Part shown: in pieces, positions 38,625-49,047 of the stretch
Layout of the letters: each line of letters begins with the position of its first letter
Numbering within the stretch: the stretch's first letter is position 1
NCBI GenBank assembly: GCA_024281215.1
Contig: JAMJTX010000134.1
Span: forward strand, 1,569 to 65,568
Direction of reading: 5' to 3'
DNA: 64,000 nucleotides
From: Candidatus Thiovulum karukerense
Lineage (GTDB): Bacteria; Campylobacterota; Campylobacteria; Campylobacterales; Thiovulaceae
Made by a program: the position numbers and the translations under genes
Notes under the pieces: generated by a model
What the model saw: only the letters and a program-made list of their open reading frames with translations
What the model was told of the DNA's origin: nothing
Databases searched by the model: none

Positions 38625-39074
38625 ATGAAAACATCTATCTTAATACTAACTGTAATTTTTGGTACATTCTTATATTTTCAGTTTAATCCATCTTATCGAC
38701 TCTCAATGGAGGCAAAGCTCTACTATACAGTTGGCGATTATGAGATAGCCTATAAATTGGCAGATGAATCTTTAAAGATTCGCGAATACAATACAATGGC
38801 TTTTCACATTAAAACTAGAAGTGGTTTAGCTCTTGAGATGAAGAGGTTTATTGAAGAAGCTGATGGGTTTGAAGTTAAAATCTTAGAGATCTTTAAAAAG
38901 GGTAAAGCTTCTCGACAAGATAAACTAAGAGTCAAAATGATGTCTGATGTGATTCTCTCAAAATATCATAACTTATCTCATAGGTTTATTGAAGATGAGG
39001 AGTTGCAAGAGAGTGCAAAAGAGAGATTTGAGAAGTTTCAAAAGATTAACTCTCAAGTAAAAGAGGTGATTTAA
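38625..39074 (+). CDS. Hypothetical protein (N-terminal TM, TPR-like helix)
   Basis: NPSY.LS.EAKLYY..GDY..AY..YN.MA. Confidence 0.65.
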   Translation: MKTSILILTVIFGTFLYFQFNPSYRLSMEAKLYYTVGDYEIAYKLADESLKIREYNTMAFHIKTRSGLALEMKRFIEEADGFEVKILEIFKKGKASRQDKLRVKMMSDVILSKYHNLSHRFIEDEELQESAKERFEKFQKINSQVKEVI

Positions 39075-39099
39075 CACTTTAACAGAGGTAACTGACATA

Positions 39100-39387
39100 A
39101 TGAAGTTAAAACGAGTAGAGGGTATAGAGTTCGTAGGTAGTTACGAGTTTCAACCTGTTGATGTAAAGTTCTTTCGTAAATTCTATTTAGAAGTTTCCCA
39201 TGCAAACCTTTTTAAATTTAAATTAAAGATAACTGTCAAAAAAAACAATCTTTTCGAATATCACTTTATAAGTAAGAAGCGAAATATTCATGAAGCTTTC
39301 CACACAAAAAGAGGTTTAATAGATGGTCTTTTAGAGTTAAAAGCTATTTTAATGGACTCAGAAAACTTTAGAAGTTCAAAGAGATAG
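39100..39387 (+). CDS. Hypothetical basic protein
   Basis: Co-oriented ORF with GAGG upstream. Confidence 0.5.
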   Translation: MKLKRVEGIEFVGSYEFQPVDVKFFRKFYLEVSHANLFKFKLKITVKKNNLFEYHFISKKRNIHEAFHTKRGLIDGLLELKAILMDSENFRSSKR

Positions 39388-39465
39388 TGTAGTTTAGATT
39401 TTAAAGGGAGTTTCAGAAAAAAATATTGTAAAATGACAAAAATTAAATTAAGAGGATTTTAATAA

Positions 39466-39789
39466 ATGGCAAAACCTGTAAGTTTAACAGATGCTACATT
39501 TGATAGCGGTATTGCAGAAGGTGTATCTTTAGTAGATTTCTGGGCTCCTTGGTGTGGTCCTTGTAGAATGATTGCTCCAATTATCGAAGAGTTAGCTGAA
39601 GAGTTTGATGGTAGAGCAACTATCGCTAAAGTAAATACTGATGAAGAGCAGATGACTGCTGTTAAATATGGAATTAGATCTATCCCAACACTTCTTATCT
39701 TTAAAGATGGTAAGCCAGTTGATCAAGTGATTGGTGCTGTTCCTAAGCAAGTTTTCACTTCTAAGTTAGAAGCTGTATTAAACTCTTAA
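39466..39789 (+). CDS. trxA: Thioredoxin
   Basis: DFWAPWCGPC, IRSIPT. Confidence 0.98.
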   Translation: MAKPVSLTDATFDSGIAEGVSLVDFWAPWCGPCRMIAPIIEELAEEFDGRATIAKVNTDEEQMTAVKYGIRSIPTLLIFKDGKPVDQVIGAVPKQVFTSKLEAVLNS

Positions 39790-39790
39790 T

Positions 39791-40234
39791 ATGGTTGGAA
39801 GGCTTTTCGCCTCCTTCTTTGGCGCCGCAATGATTGCCGGTGCCTTTGCCTACTATAACTACAAATTTTCCCAATTCAAATTTATCGATTTTGACTATTT
39901 TACACTTTATGAGAAGAGTGATATATTTAAGCCAGTAGCTGAAGAGTATCTTCTTATTATCTATAACTCAAGAGATCAATTAAGTTTAGAAAAATTAAAA
40001 AAGATAAAGAGTAATTCACCTATAATCCTCTTGGACTATTATCAGACAATCTCCGAACGAGATATGGGTGAATTAAATGTAACAGAGGTAAAGACTGGAA
40101 CAGACACTTTTTTAAAGATTGTTCAGAGATTTAATGTTTATGATTTGCCAACCCTCTTTTATATAAAAAGGGCAAAAGAGCATCTCTATAAACAGGATAG
40201 TGATATTTACAAATTAAGCGAATTTAAATTTTAG
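39791..40234 (+). CDS. Membrane-anchored hypothetical protein
   Basis: N-terminal TM and FAYYNYKF motif. Lies between trxA and trxB. Confidence 0.65.
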   Translation: MVGRLFASFFGAAMIAGAFAYYNYKFSQFKFIDFDYFTLYEKSDIFKPVAEEYLLIIYNSRDQLSLEKLKKIKSNSPIILLDYYQTISERDMGELNVTEVKTGTDTFLKIVQRFNVYDLPTLFYIKRAKEHLYKQDSDIYKLSEFKF

Positions 40235-40243
40235 GAGTAAATT

Positions 40244-41179
40244 ATGTTAGATGTAGCAATTATTGGGGGAGGTCCTGCGGGATTGACGGCTGGACTCTAT
40301 GCAACTAGAGGTGGTCTTAAAAATGTAACTATGTTTGAGAAGGGTATGCCAGGAGGTCAGATTATGAACTCTTCAGAGATTGAGAACTACCCTGGGGTTT
40401 CTCAAGTTATGAGTGGTATGGACTTAATGGCATCTTGGCCAGAGCAGTGTCAGAGATTTGGACTTAAGCATGAGATGGTAAATGTTGAAAAAGTTTCAAG
40501 AAATAAGAATGGAACTTTCACAATCCATAAAGATGATGGTTCAACAGAAGATGCCCTATCTGTAATTGTTGGAACTGGTTCAACTCCAAAAAGAGCTGGA
40601 TTCAAAGGTGAAGCAGAATTCTTTGGAAAGGGTGTCTCAACTTGTGCAACTTGTGATGGTTTCTTTTATAAGAACAAAGAGGTAACAGTTATTGGTGGTG
40701 GTGATACCGCTCTTGAAGAGGCTGTTTATTTAGCAGGAATCTGCTCAAAAGTCTATCTTGTTCATCGACGAGAAGAGTTCCGAGCTGCACCATCAACAGT
40801 GGAGAGAGCTAAAAATACAGAGAATATTGAATTTGTTCTTAACTCTAAGCCTGATGAAGTGTTTGGAGATATGATGGGTGTTCAAGGAATAAAAGTTGCA
40901 ACTCCAGAGGGAATTAGACAACTCGATACAACTGGTGTATTTATTTTTGTTGGGAACGATGTAAATAACGGTGTTCTCAAAGATGAGAACGGTAACTTTA
41001 TTTGTGATGTTACAGAGTGGGGTGAAGTTGTTGTTGATCTGAAGATGAAGACATCTGTTGATGGTCTTTTTGCGACTGGTGATATGAGACTTGATGCTCC
41101 AAAACAGGTTGTTGTTGCTGCGGGTGATGGTGCAACTGCTGCAATTGGTGCAATCTCTTATGTAATGGAGCATAAATAA
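40244..41179 (+). CDS. trxB: Thioredoxin reductase
   Basis: GGGPAG, CATCDG, GGGDTA.EEA. Confidence 0.97.
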   Translation: MLDVAIIGGGPAGLTAGLYATRGGLKNVTMFEKGMPGGQIMNSSEIENYPGVSQVMSGMDLMASWPEQCQRFGLKHEMVNVEKVSRNKNGTFTIHKDDGSTEDALSVIVGTGSTPKRAGFKGEAEFFGKGVSTCATCDGFFYKNKEVTVIGGGDTALEEAVYLAGICSKVYLVHRREEFRAAPSTVERAKNTENIEFVLNSKPDEVFGDMMGVQGIKVATPEGIRQLDTTGVFIFVGNDVNNGVLKDENGNFICDVTEWGEVVVDLKMKTSVDGLFATGDMRLDAPKQVVVAAGDGATAAIGAISYVMEHK

Positions 41180-41949
41180 TGGCTAAAGTTGGACTGTTTG
41201 GAGGCTCTGGAAGAGTTGGTCAGAGACTTGTAGCACTCTTAGAAGAGCATAAAAGCCTAAGTTTATCAGCTGTTTTCATTAAAGATCTTGGTGATTTCCC
41301 AGAGACTGATGGTGTTGTTGTAACACAGAGTGTAGAGGAGTTTCTAAACTCTGTTGATCTTGTTATTGACTTCTCTCTACCAGAGGCAACAGAGACTCTT
41401 CTTGAGGGAGTGCTATCTAATGGAGCAAAATCTCTTGTTATCGGAACAACAGGACTTTCACCTCATCAACAGAATTTGCTTGTTAAAGCTTCAGAGAAGT
41501 CACCTATTCTCTATGCTACCAATATGTCGCTTGGGGTAGCAATGTTAAATCAACTTGTAGCAACAGCATCAAAGTCGTTGAGAGAGTTTGATATTGAGAT
41601 TGTTGAGATGCACCATAGACATAAGAAAGATGCTCCATCTGGAACTGCTCTAACTCTTGCAGAGAGTGCAGCAAAAGCTCGTGATTTCAATCTTGATGAT
41701 GTGAGAATTAGCGGACGAGATGGAAACATAGGGGCTAGAACAAAAGATGAGATCTCTGTTATGGCTCTTCGTGGTGGTGATATTGTTGGTCGTCATACTG
41801 TTGGCTTCTATAATGATGGTGAGTTTATTGAACTGAATCATACGGCAACAAGTCGAGATACTTTTGCAAAGGGTGCTCTACATGCTGGAGAGTGGCTTCT
41901 TAATCAAGAGGCTGGACTCTATGATATTAAAGACTGTTTAGATATTTAA
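41179..41949 (+). CDS. dapB: 4-hydroxy-tetrahydrodipicolinate reductase
   Basis: IDFS, GTTG, EMHHRHKKDAPSGTA. Confidence 0.98.
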   Translation: MAKVGLFGGSGRVGQRLVALLEEHKSLSLSAVFIKDLGDFPETDGVVVTQSVEEFLNSVDLVIDFSLPEATETLLEGVLSNGAKSLVIGTTGLSPHQQNLLVKASEKSPILYATNMSLGVAMLNQLVATASKSLREFDIEIVEMHHRHKKDAPSGTALTLAESAAKARDFNLDDVRISGRDGNIGARTKDEISVMALRGGDIVGRHTVGFYNDGEFIELNHTATSRDTFAKGALHAGEWLLNQEAGLYDIKDCLDI

Positions 41950-42113
41950 CAAGTTAAAACGGGACTCTTTTTGTCCCACTTGGATTCACATGATAAGCAA
42001 CTCCCTCAAAACTTAAAGTGTGTTAAAATTTTCTAATAATAAAAATTAGATATATGGATTTTAATATTGGAAAAGAAGATAGACTATACTCTTAAAAATA
42101 GTAAATATATACT

Positions 42114-44444
42114 TTGGGGGCATTGATATTTGCTTGGATAGCCCTGTTTCTTGATACAAGCGATAAAATTGAGAACTTTTATAAAGAGAAGCTCTATGAT
42201 GTAGAAGTTCAATATAGCAGTCAAACAATATCATTACAAGAGAATGTTGAAAATCTATTTTTATCTATTATTACTCCAGAAATTAAAGCTCTACTCTCTC
42301 AAACATACAATGAAGAGAACTCAACACGATTAAATATTATTAGAGACGAGTTACATAAAAGACTTAAAGATGATTATCAATTTTTAAAGAGTCGAGGAAT
42401 TAAGCTGGTGCATTTCCACCTACCTAACGGAGACTCATTTTTAAGACTGCATAAACCTAATAAGTTTGGGGACAATCTTCTATCAGTTCGTAAAACTGTT
42501 GAACAAGTTATCAATACAGAGAAGATTGTTAGAGCTTTTGAAGTTGGAAAGCACTTTGAAGGTTTTAGATATATATTTCCTATTAAACTCGGTGGTCAAT
42601 ACTTAGGTAGTGTAGAGTTCTCTCTATCATCACAATCTTTTAAAGAGTCTCTTAATAGTTCTCTTGATTCAATGTTCTTTTTCATACTCAAAAAAGAGTA
42701 TATGGTTCAACATCTAAATAGTGGATATCTAGCTAAAAACTTTCATCAAAGTAGAGTGAATAAAGAGTACTTTATTGCTAATCATCATAATGTAGATAGA
42801 GGCGGTGTCTGTCTACTATCTCATATTGCTCCAGAGGTAAAAAGTAATATGAAAAGTCAAGAGAGCTTTATTCATCATAACTACAACTCTCTACTGACTG
42901 GTAATATTTTTACTTTTCTCTCAATTGCAGATATTAATGGAGTTCATATGGGCTATCTTGTCTCCGTTAGAGATGATTGGATAGTCAATAAACTTACAAT
43001 AGAGTTAGTTGTTAGAGTCCTAGTCGCAACAATCTTACTTCTAATAATATATCGCCTCTACTCTCGTTCAATTGTGGATAGCTATCAACTGACACAGTTT
43101 GTCAATTTTCTTGACAATACAGCCCTTGTCTCAAAAACAGATAAATATGGTCGCATTACCTATGTCAATAGTAAGTTTTGTGAAATTAGTGGATACTCTA
43201 AAAATGAACTAATTGGCAGTGGTCATAGTCTTGTTCGTTCTAGTGCTACACCTAAAGAGGTGTATAGAGATTTATGGAAAACTATTGTTTCTGGAAAGCA
43301 CTGGCATGGGCACTTAACAAATAGAAAAAAGAGTGGTGAGAATTACACTGTTTTAGCTGATGTCTTCCCTATTTTCGATCCTCAAGGTGAAGTGGCTGAA
43401 TATATAGCTATTCGCCATGATATAACCGAACTAGAACTTCTTAGAAAAGAGCTTCACAACAGTTTGATTGAACAGAGTGGTATCTTTAAACAGTATGAAG
43501 ATGCTGTTGTTAATTCAACTATTGTTGTCAAATTAAATAAAGACTTTGAGGTGACTTTTGTTAATAATAACTACCTATCTATATCTGGTCGTAGAAAAGG
43601 CGAGGCTGAGGGTAGAAATATTATTGAGCTACTTGCAACAGAAGATCGTGAGATGTTCAAGGAGACAATTGAGAGGTTATCTAAAGGTGAAGTTGTAAAA
43701 GATATCTTTAGAAGCCTAAAGCAAGACGGTAGTCAATTATACACAAAAACTGTTATTAAACCTCTAACAGATAGTCAAGGTAATATATTAGAGTACTTAA
43801 CAATAGGGATAGATATTAGTGAAGTTATTGAGCTTCAACATGAGATTGAAGATACTCAAAAAGAGGTTGTTTTTAGAATGGGTGCCATTGGAGAGACTCG
43901 CTCTAAAGAGACTGGCAATCATGTTAAACGAGTTGCAGAGTACTCAAAACTACTAGGAACACTCTATGGGTTACCTGATAGTGAGGTTGAACTTCTGAAA
44001 CAAGCTTCTCCTATGCATGATATCGGAAAGGTTGGTATTCCGGACTCTATTCTTAAAAAACTTGGCAAATTAACATTTGAGGAGTTTGAGATTATGAAGA
44101 CTCACTCAATGTTGGGCTATGAGATGTTAAAACACTCAAACAGACCAATTCTCAAAACTGCAGCAATTGTAGCTTATGAGCATCATGAAAAATGGAATGG
44201 AAAAGGTTATCCAAGAGGATTAAAGGGTAATAACATTCATATCTATGGTCGAATTACAGCTATTGCTGATGTCTTTGATGCTCTTGGAAGCGACAGAATT
44301 TATAAAAAAGCTTGGGAGCTAGATAGAATCATCAATTTGCTAAAAGAGGAGTCTGGACAACACTTTGATCCACATCTAATAAATCTATTTCTCCAGAGTT
44401 TGCCAAAATTCCTAGAGATTAGAGATCAGTTCCAAGACTGCTAA
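42114..44444 (+). CDS. Cache sensor - PAS - PAS - HD-GYP c-di-GMP phosphodiesterase
   Basis: SFLRLHKP.KFGD (dCache_3-like), two PAS/PAC domains, MHDIGK..HHEKWNGKGYP. True start is uncertain. Confidence 0.88.
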   Translation: MGALIFAWIALFLDTSDKIENFYKEKLYDVEVQYSSQTISLQENVENLFLSIITPEIKALLSQTYNEENSTRLNIIRDELHKRLKDDYQFLKSRGIKLVHFHLPNGDSFLRLHKPNKFGDNLLSVRKTVEQVINTEKIVRAFEVGKHFEGFRYIFPIKLGGQYLGSVEFSLSSQSFKESLNSSLDSMFFFILKKEYMVQHLNSGYLAKNFHQSRVNKEYFIANHHNVDRGGVCLLSHIAPEVKSNMKSQESFIHHNYNSLLTGNIFTFLSIADINGVHMGYLVSVRDDWIVNKLTIELVVRVLVATILLLIIYRLYSRSIVDSYQLTQFVNFLDNTALVSKTDKYGRITYVNSKFCEISGYSKNELIGSGHSLVRSSATPKEVYRDLWKTIVSGKHWHGHLTNRKKSGENYTVLADVFPIFDPQGEVAEYIAIRHDITELELLRKELHNSLIEQSGIFKQYEDAVVNSTIVVKLNKDFEVTFVNNNYLSISGRRKGEAEGRNIIELLATEDREMFKETIERLSKGEVVKDIFRSLKQDGSQLYTKTVIKPLTDSQGNILEYLTIGIDISEVIELQHEIEDTQKEVVFRMGAIGETRSKETGNHVKRVAEYSKLLGTLYGLPDSEVELLKQASPMHDIGKVGIPDSILKKLGKLTFEEFEIMKTHSMLGYEMLKHSNRPILKTAAIVAYEHHEKWNGKGYPRGLKGNNIHIYGRITAIADVFDALGSDRIYKKAWELDRIINLLKEESGQHFDPHLINLFLQSLPKFLEIRDQFQDC

Positions 44445-45171
44445 TATAACTCTCTGATAATTTTCTTAGAGCCTCTTTATGACCAGTACTATTAAAATGG
44501 ATACCATCATATAGCTCTTGAATATTGGAGAAATCGACTATTGTAGAGTTGTCAATTGCTAATGATAGTTGATCAAGAAAGATATTAGTTATTTTTAACT
44601 GCTTATAAAATGATGCCGGTCTTTTCCTTGGTGATATATAGTCTTTGCTTAGAATAGGTGTATTAATAATAAACTGTTTTGTAAATGAGTTGTTCACTAT
44701 CTGACCAATCTCTTTAGTAATCTTCTCTCCATATTCTATTGAGTATAAAGAACTACTATCTCCTGATGAGATTCTAAACTCTTTTTCAACCTCTTTAACT
44801 AAAAAATTGCCACCTAAACTACTCTCTATCTGCATAGCACTATCATTAATGTTAGATAGTTTTTTAGGTGTAAAATCTACCAATCCTAAATTTGTTATAA
44901 GTATTTCAAAAGATATATCTTTATACTCTTTTAGGAAGTTTATAAGAGTTGCAAATGTAGTTAGGTTTTTTGGTCTTGATATTAGTAAGAAACTATTTTG
45001 AGCTAAATAACTTTTTGCAAACTGATAGCAGAAACCATCTTCAATATTTTGTGTAGCTGTTTGAAGCCCACGACTATCACAAAAGAGTAGATAGTCATAG
45101 TGAGATAAGAGGAGTTCGCTATTACTAATAGCTATATTCTCATTTGATGTGCTATCTTCACCTATTGGCAA
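44419..45171 (-). CDS. SGNH/GDSL-like hypothetical protein
   Basis: CDSRG (GDS-like block I), LG.VD, DGIHF...GH (DxxH block V). Confidence 0.55.
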   Translation of the reverse strand: MPIGEDSTSNENIAISNSELLLSHYDYLLFCDSRGLQTATQNIEDGFCYQFAKSYLAQNSFLLISRPKNLTTFATLINFLKEYKDISFEILITNLGLVDFTPKKLSNINDSAMQIESSLGGNFLVKEVEKEFRISSGDSSSLYSIEYGEKITKEIGQIVNNSFTKQFIINTPILSKDYISPRKRPASFYKQLKITNIFLDQLSLAIDNSTIVDFSNIQELYDGIHFNSTGHKEALRKLSESYISSLGTDL

Positions 45172-45286
45172 AGTTATCCTATGTGAAAACAGTATATGGT
45201 TATTAAGTTTTATAATGATAATCCTCTTCTATCTCTATTTATACATGAGGGCAGATTCACACAATAAGCGAATAATTATTTATGAT

Positions 45287-45534
45287 TTGACATACTCTCC
45301 ATAGCTAAAGCTAGAGGATTCTGCTTCAACAAGAGTGGCCTATAATTAGGTCTTACACTCTCTCTATATAAGTTGATGCCCCAACTCAAATTTTATATCC
45401 GAGATTTTACCCTTCGTGATATAATCAATAAAAGAATTATACTTAAAATTACTCAGGTGAAAAAACTTCACCATCATAATTTTATAAGCCCTATATCCCC
45501 ATATCTAAAAGATAGGGGCTTTACGGCTTGTTCG
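45287..45534 (-). mobile_element. 248-bp non-autonomous IS608-like (IS200/IS605) element
   Basis: Minus strand reads TTAC|CGAACAAGCCGT-AAAG-CCCCTATCTTTTAGATATGGGG ... GAAT-CCTCTAGCTTTAGCTATGGAG-AGTATG-TCAA|, closely matching IS608 ends as recalled. No tnpA or tnpB. Confidence 0.88.
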
Positions 45535-45551
45535 GTAAATCAACTTAATAG

Positions 45552-45576
45552 TTTGAATCTATTTCAATTTTCAAAA
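45552..45576. promoter_or_regulatory. Possible Fur-type operator upstream of feoA
   Basis: AT-rich imperfect palindrome TTTGAA..TTCAAAA upstream of an iron uptake operon. Weak match. Confidence 0.2.
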
Positions 45577-45645
45577 TATAACTCAGAACTATTTAATTAA
45601 AAAAGATTAAGATTCCGCACAAATAAAAAAGTTTGGAATAAGTAT

Positions 45646-45873
45646 TTGAAAACCTTATATGATTTGAAACAGGACGAAAGGGCTGTTGTTTCAAATATAA
45701 AATCTGACCGTGAGCTAAAAGAGAGATTAACCTCATTTGGAGTTACTCGTGGTTCGGAGATTGTGATGAAACACTGCAATGCAAAGAGAAAAAATATAGA
45801 GATTGATATTGATGGTGTTTTTGTAGCTCTACGAGAAAAAGAGGCAAAAGCTATTGAGGTTGAGGTAGTTTAA
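45646..45873 (+). CDS. feoA: Ferrous iron transport protein A
   Basis: RLTSFGV..G, VALR..EA..IEV. Directly upstream of feoB. Confidence 0.92.
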   Translation: MKTLYDLKQDERAVVSNIKSDRELKERLTSFGVTRGSEIVMKHCNAKRKNIEIDIDGVFVALREKEAKAIEVEVV

Positions 45874-47931
45874 ATGGTTAAGATTGCTGTTGTTGGACAA
45901 CCAAATGTCGGTAAGAGTATGCTTATCAATGCTATTAGTAATAGTCGCCTTAAAGTTGGGAACTTCTCTGGTGTAACAGTTGAGAAGAAAGAGGTTATCA
46001 CTAGTTTCAGAGGTGAAGAGTTAGATTTTATAGATCTGCCAGGTTCATACTCCCTTAAAGATTATACTCTTGATGAGAGAGTAACAAGCCATTTTCTAAA
46101 AGATGATAGTTATGACCTCATCGTTAATGTTGTAGATTCAACCCACCTTGAGAAGAATCTATATCTCACAACTCAACTCTTAGAGCTAAATAGAGATATG
46201 GTTCTTGTTCTCAATATGATTGATGAGGCAGAGGAGAAGAAGATTGATATTGATAGTGAGAAATTATCAGCTCTTCTCGGTATTCCTGTCATAAAAACAT
46301 CAGCAAGTCATAAGAGAGGTATAGATGAACTTCTTCAGACAATAGTTGAAGTAACAAAAAATGGAACTGAAAATAGGTTAGTCTATTCTGATTTTATTGA
46401 AGAGGAGATTATCAATATTGAGAATTTTCTCAATGAGAGAAATTTTCAAGATGGAGAGTTGTCAAATCGTCAGGTAGCTTTAGCACTTCTTCAAAACTCA
46501 GAGAAAATGTTTGAGAAACTCCACAACACTATTTTATGGGTGGAGTTAGCAAAGGTGTTACGAGAGGCTCTTGAACATATCTATATCCACTCTGGAGAGA
46601 AGGATATAGAGTCAATTTTTGGTGACGAACGAGTCTCAATTGCAAAGGGGCTTATTCGTGAGTGTCAATCTGCTCCGACAAGAGATATCAAAAAGAAGAG
46701 TTCAACAGAGAGAGTTGATGAGGTTCTCCTCCACAATATTTGGGGGTTACCTATATTTCTATTTCTGATATGGGGACTCTTTCAGCTCACATTTGAAGTT
46801 GGTTCTATTCCAATGGATTGGATTGATATTGGTGTAGCTATGTTTGGAGAGTTTGTTGGCTCAAATATAGATGATGAGTTTTTTCGCTCTCTGATTGTTG
46901 ATGGAATAATCTCTGGTGTTGGTGCTGTTCTTCTCTTCTTACCAAATATTCTCATTCTTTTTCTTGGAATAGCTCTTCTTGAGACAACAGGCTATATGAG
47001 TCGGGTCGCCTTTCTGCTTGATGGATTCTTTCATAAGTTTGGGCTTCATGGAAAATCGTTTATACCTCTTGTCACAGGGTTTGGCTGTTCGATCCCAGCA
47101 TATATGTCGGCACGAACTCTTAAAAATGAGAAAGATAGACTTATCACAATGTTTATCATTGGATTTATGAGCTGTGGGGCAAAACTACCTGTATATGTTC
47201 TATTTATCAGTGCATTCTTTCCAACAGAAGATGCAGGAAATATTCTTTTTGCTATCTATATTCTTGGAGCTATCTTTGGATTAATTGGGGCAAAGATATT
47301 AAGAGTGTTTGTATTTAAGGGTGATGATGAACCATTTGTTATGGAGCTTCCAACATATAGACTACCATCGTTATACCTGATCTGGCATACAGTATATACT
47401 CAAGCAATTATGTACCTTAAAAAGGCTGGGACATTTATTCTTGGTGCATCGATGGTAATCTGGTTTGCAAGTAACTTCCCTCAGCAGACAAAAAGTAGTG
47501 ATATGAGTGAAATAGAGTATCAAAAGATAGTTCTTGAAAATAGCTATCTTGGGGTGATTGGAAAAGCTACATCACCTCTATTTGAACCTTTAGGTTTTGA
47601 TTGGCAATTGACAGTTGCTCTTGAGACAGGAGTAGTTGCAAAAGAGGTAATCGTCGCTACACTCGGAGTGCTATACTCACTGGGTGATGAGATTGATGAG
47701 GAGTCAGAATCACTCTTAGAGAAGATTCGAGAGAATATACCAGTGGCAACAGCAGTGGCATTTATAATATTTGTAATGGTCTATATGCCTTGTTTTGCTG
47801 CCTCTATTGTATTTGTAAAAGAGAGTGGCAAAAATATCTACTTCCTCTATCTAGTACTATTTACAACTGTCTCAGCCTATCTTTTAAGTTTAATAGGTTA
47901 TACAGTTACAAAACTTGTAACTATGGAGTAG
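45874..47931 (+). CDS. feoB: Ferrous iron transport protein B
   Basis: GQPNVGKS, VGNFSGVTVE, DLPG, GFGCSIPA, FVMELP. Confidence 0.97.
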   Translation: MVKIAVVGQPNVGKSMLINAISNSRLKVGNFSGVTVEKKEVITSFRGEELDFIDLPGSYSLKDYTLDERVTSHFLKDDSYDLIVNVVDSTHLEKNLYLTTQLLELNRDMVLVLNMIDEAEEKKIDIDSEKLSALLGIPVIKTSASHKRGIDELLQTIVEVTKNGTENRLVYSDFIEEEIINIENFLNERNFQDGELSNRQVALALLQNSEKMFEKLHNTILWVELAKVLREALEHIYIHSGEKDIESIFGDERVSIAKGLIRECQSAPTRDIKKKSSTERVDEVLLHNIWGLPIFLFLIWGLFQLTFEVGSIPMDWIDIGVAMFGEFVGSNIDDEFFRSLIVDGIISGVGAVLLFLPNILILFLGIALLETTGYMSRVAFLLDGFFHKFGLHGKSFIPLVTGFGCSIPAYMSARTLKNEKDRLITMFIIGFMSCGAKLPVYVLFISAFFPTEDAGNILFAIYILGAIFGLIGAKILRVFVFKGDDEPFVMELPTYRLPSLYLIWHTVYTQAIMYLKKAGTFILGASMVIWFASNFPQQTKSSDMSEIEYQKIVLENSYLGVIGKATSPLFEPLGFDWQLTVALETGVVAKEVIVATLGVLYSLGDEIDEESESLLEKIRENIPVATAVAFIIFVMVYMPCFAASIVFVKESGKNIYFLYLVLFTTVSAYLLSLIGYTVTKLVTME

Positions 47932-47934
47932 AGA

Positions 47935-49047
47935 TTGAACTGTAAATATTTCGGTCAGTGTAAAAGTTGTAATTTGCATGGTGAGTATAGTTGGCAATTC
48001 TCTGAAAAAGAGAGAGAGATTAGAGATGAGTTTGGAGATGTGTATAGTGGAGAGATAGATAGATTTTACTCTCCTGAACAGCACTATCGAGCAAGAGCTG
48101 AGTTTCGAATCTGGCATGATGATGGAAAAATATTCTATGCAATGAGTAGTGTTGAGAAGAGAAGTATCCTAAAAATCGATAGTTGCCCAATGGTTTTAGA
48201 GCCAATTGCAGAGATTATGCCAAGCTTGATAGAGGAGATTCAGAAAGAGAAGATTCTATCTGAAAAACTATTCTCAATTGAGTTTCTATCGAATCGAGCT
48301 GGAGAGATGGTAATTACTCTGATTTATCATAAAAAGCTCTCTGAAGAGTGGCGAGAGTCTGCTTCTAAATTTATTACTGATAAAATCTCAATTATTGGTA
48401 GAAGCCGAAAGCAGAAAGAGATTCTAGGTAGAGACTATATAGAGGAGAATCTAGATTTAAAAAATCGAAGCTACCGATTTAAACATCTTGAAAATAGCTT
48501 TTCGCAACCAAATCCTGCTGTTAACGAGAAGATGGTAGATTGGATCCTCAGTGAGTTACAATCTTCTGAAGATAGCAACCTCATCGAACTCTATTGTGGC
48601 TCAGGAAACTTTACAATTCCTCTAGCTTCAAAGTTCCATAGAGTTGTTGCAACAGAAGTCGCAAAGAGTGGAATTGCTACGGCAACAGAGAATATGGAGA
48701 GAAATGGAGTAACTAATATTGAGTTTGGACGAGTAAGCAGTGAGGAGTTTGTTCAAGCTATCGATGGTGTTCGACCATTTAACAGACTTCAACATATCAA
48801 CTTAAAAACTCTCTCTCTCGATACTATATTTGTTGATCCACCTCGGGCTGGACTCGATAGTGAAACTCTCAAGTTTGTATCAAGATTTAAGAATATTCTA
48901 TATATCTCCTGTAATCCAGAGACTCTGAAACGAGATTTAGAGATATTGCAGAAGAGCCACTCGGTTAATAGACTGGCTATGTTTGATCAGTTTCCATATA
49001 CACACCATATGGAGATGGGAGCTTCTCTTCAAAGGGTTGAGAATTGA
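47935..49047 (+). CDS. trmA: tRNA m5U54 methyltransferase
   Basis: [48 protein letters not shown]. Confidence 0.93.
   Translation: MNCKYFGQCKSCNLHGEYSWQFSEKEREIRDEFGDVYSGEIDRFYSPEQHYRARAEFRIWHDDGKIFYAMSSVEKRSILKIDSCPMVLEPIAEIMPSLIEEIQKEKILSEKLFSIEFLSNRAGEMVITLIYHKKLSEEWRESASKFITDKISIIGRSRKQKEILGRDYIEENLDLKNRSYRFKHLENSFSQPNPAVNEKMVDWILSELQSSEDSNLIELYCGSGNFTIPLASKFHRVVATEVAKSGIATATENMERNGVTNIEFGRVSSEEFVQAIDGVRPFNRLQHINLKTLSLDTIFVDPPRAGLDSETLKFVSRFKNILYISCNPETLKRDLEILQKSHSVNRLAMFDQFPYTHHMEMGASLQRVEN

Noticed and set aside
45373..45600. 75-aa ORF as a transposase remnant
   Set aside because: No HUH or RuvC motifs. It simply crosses the element left end.
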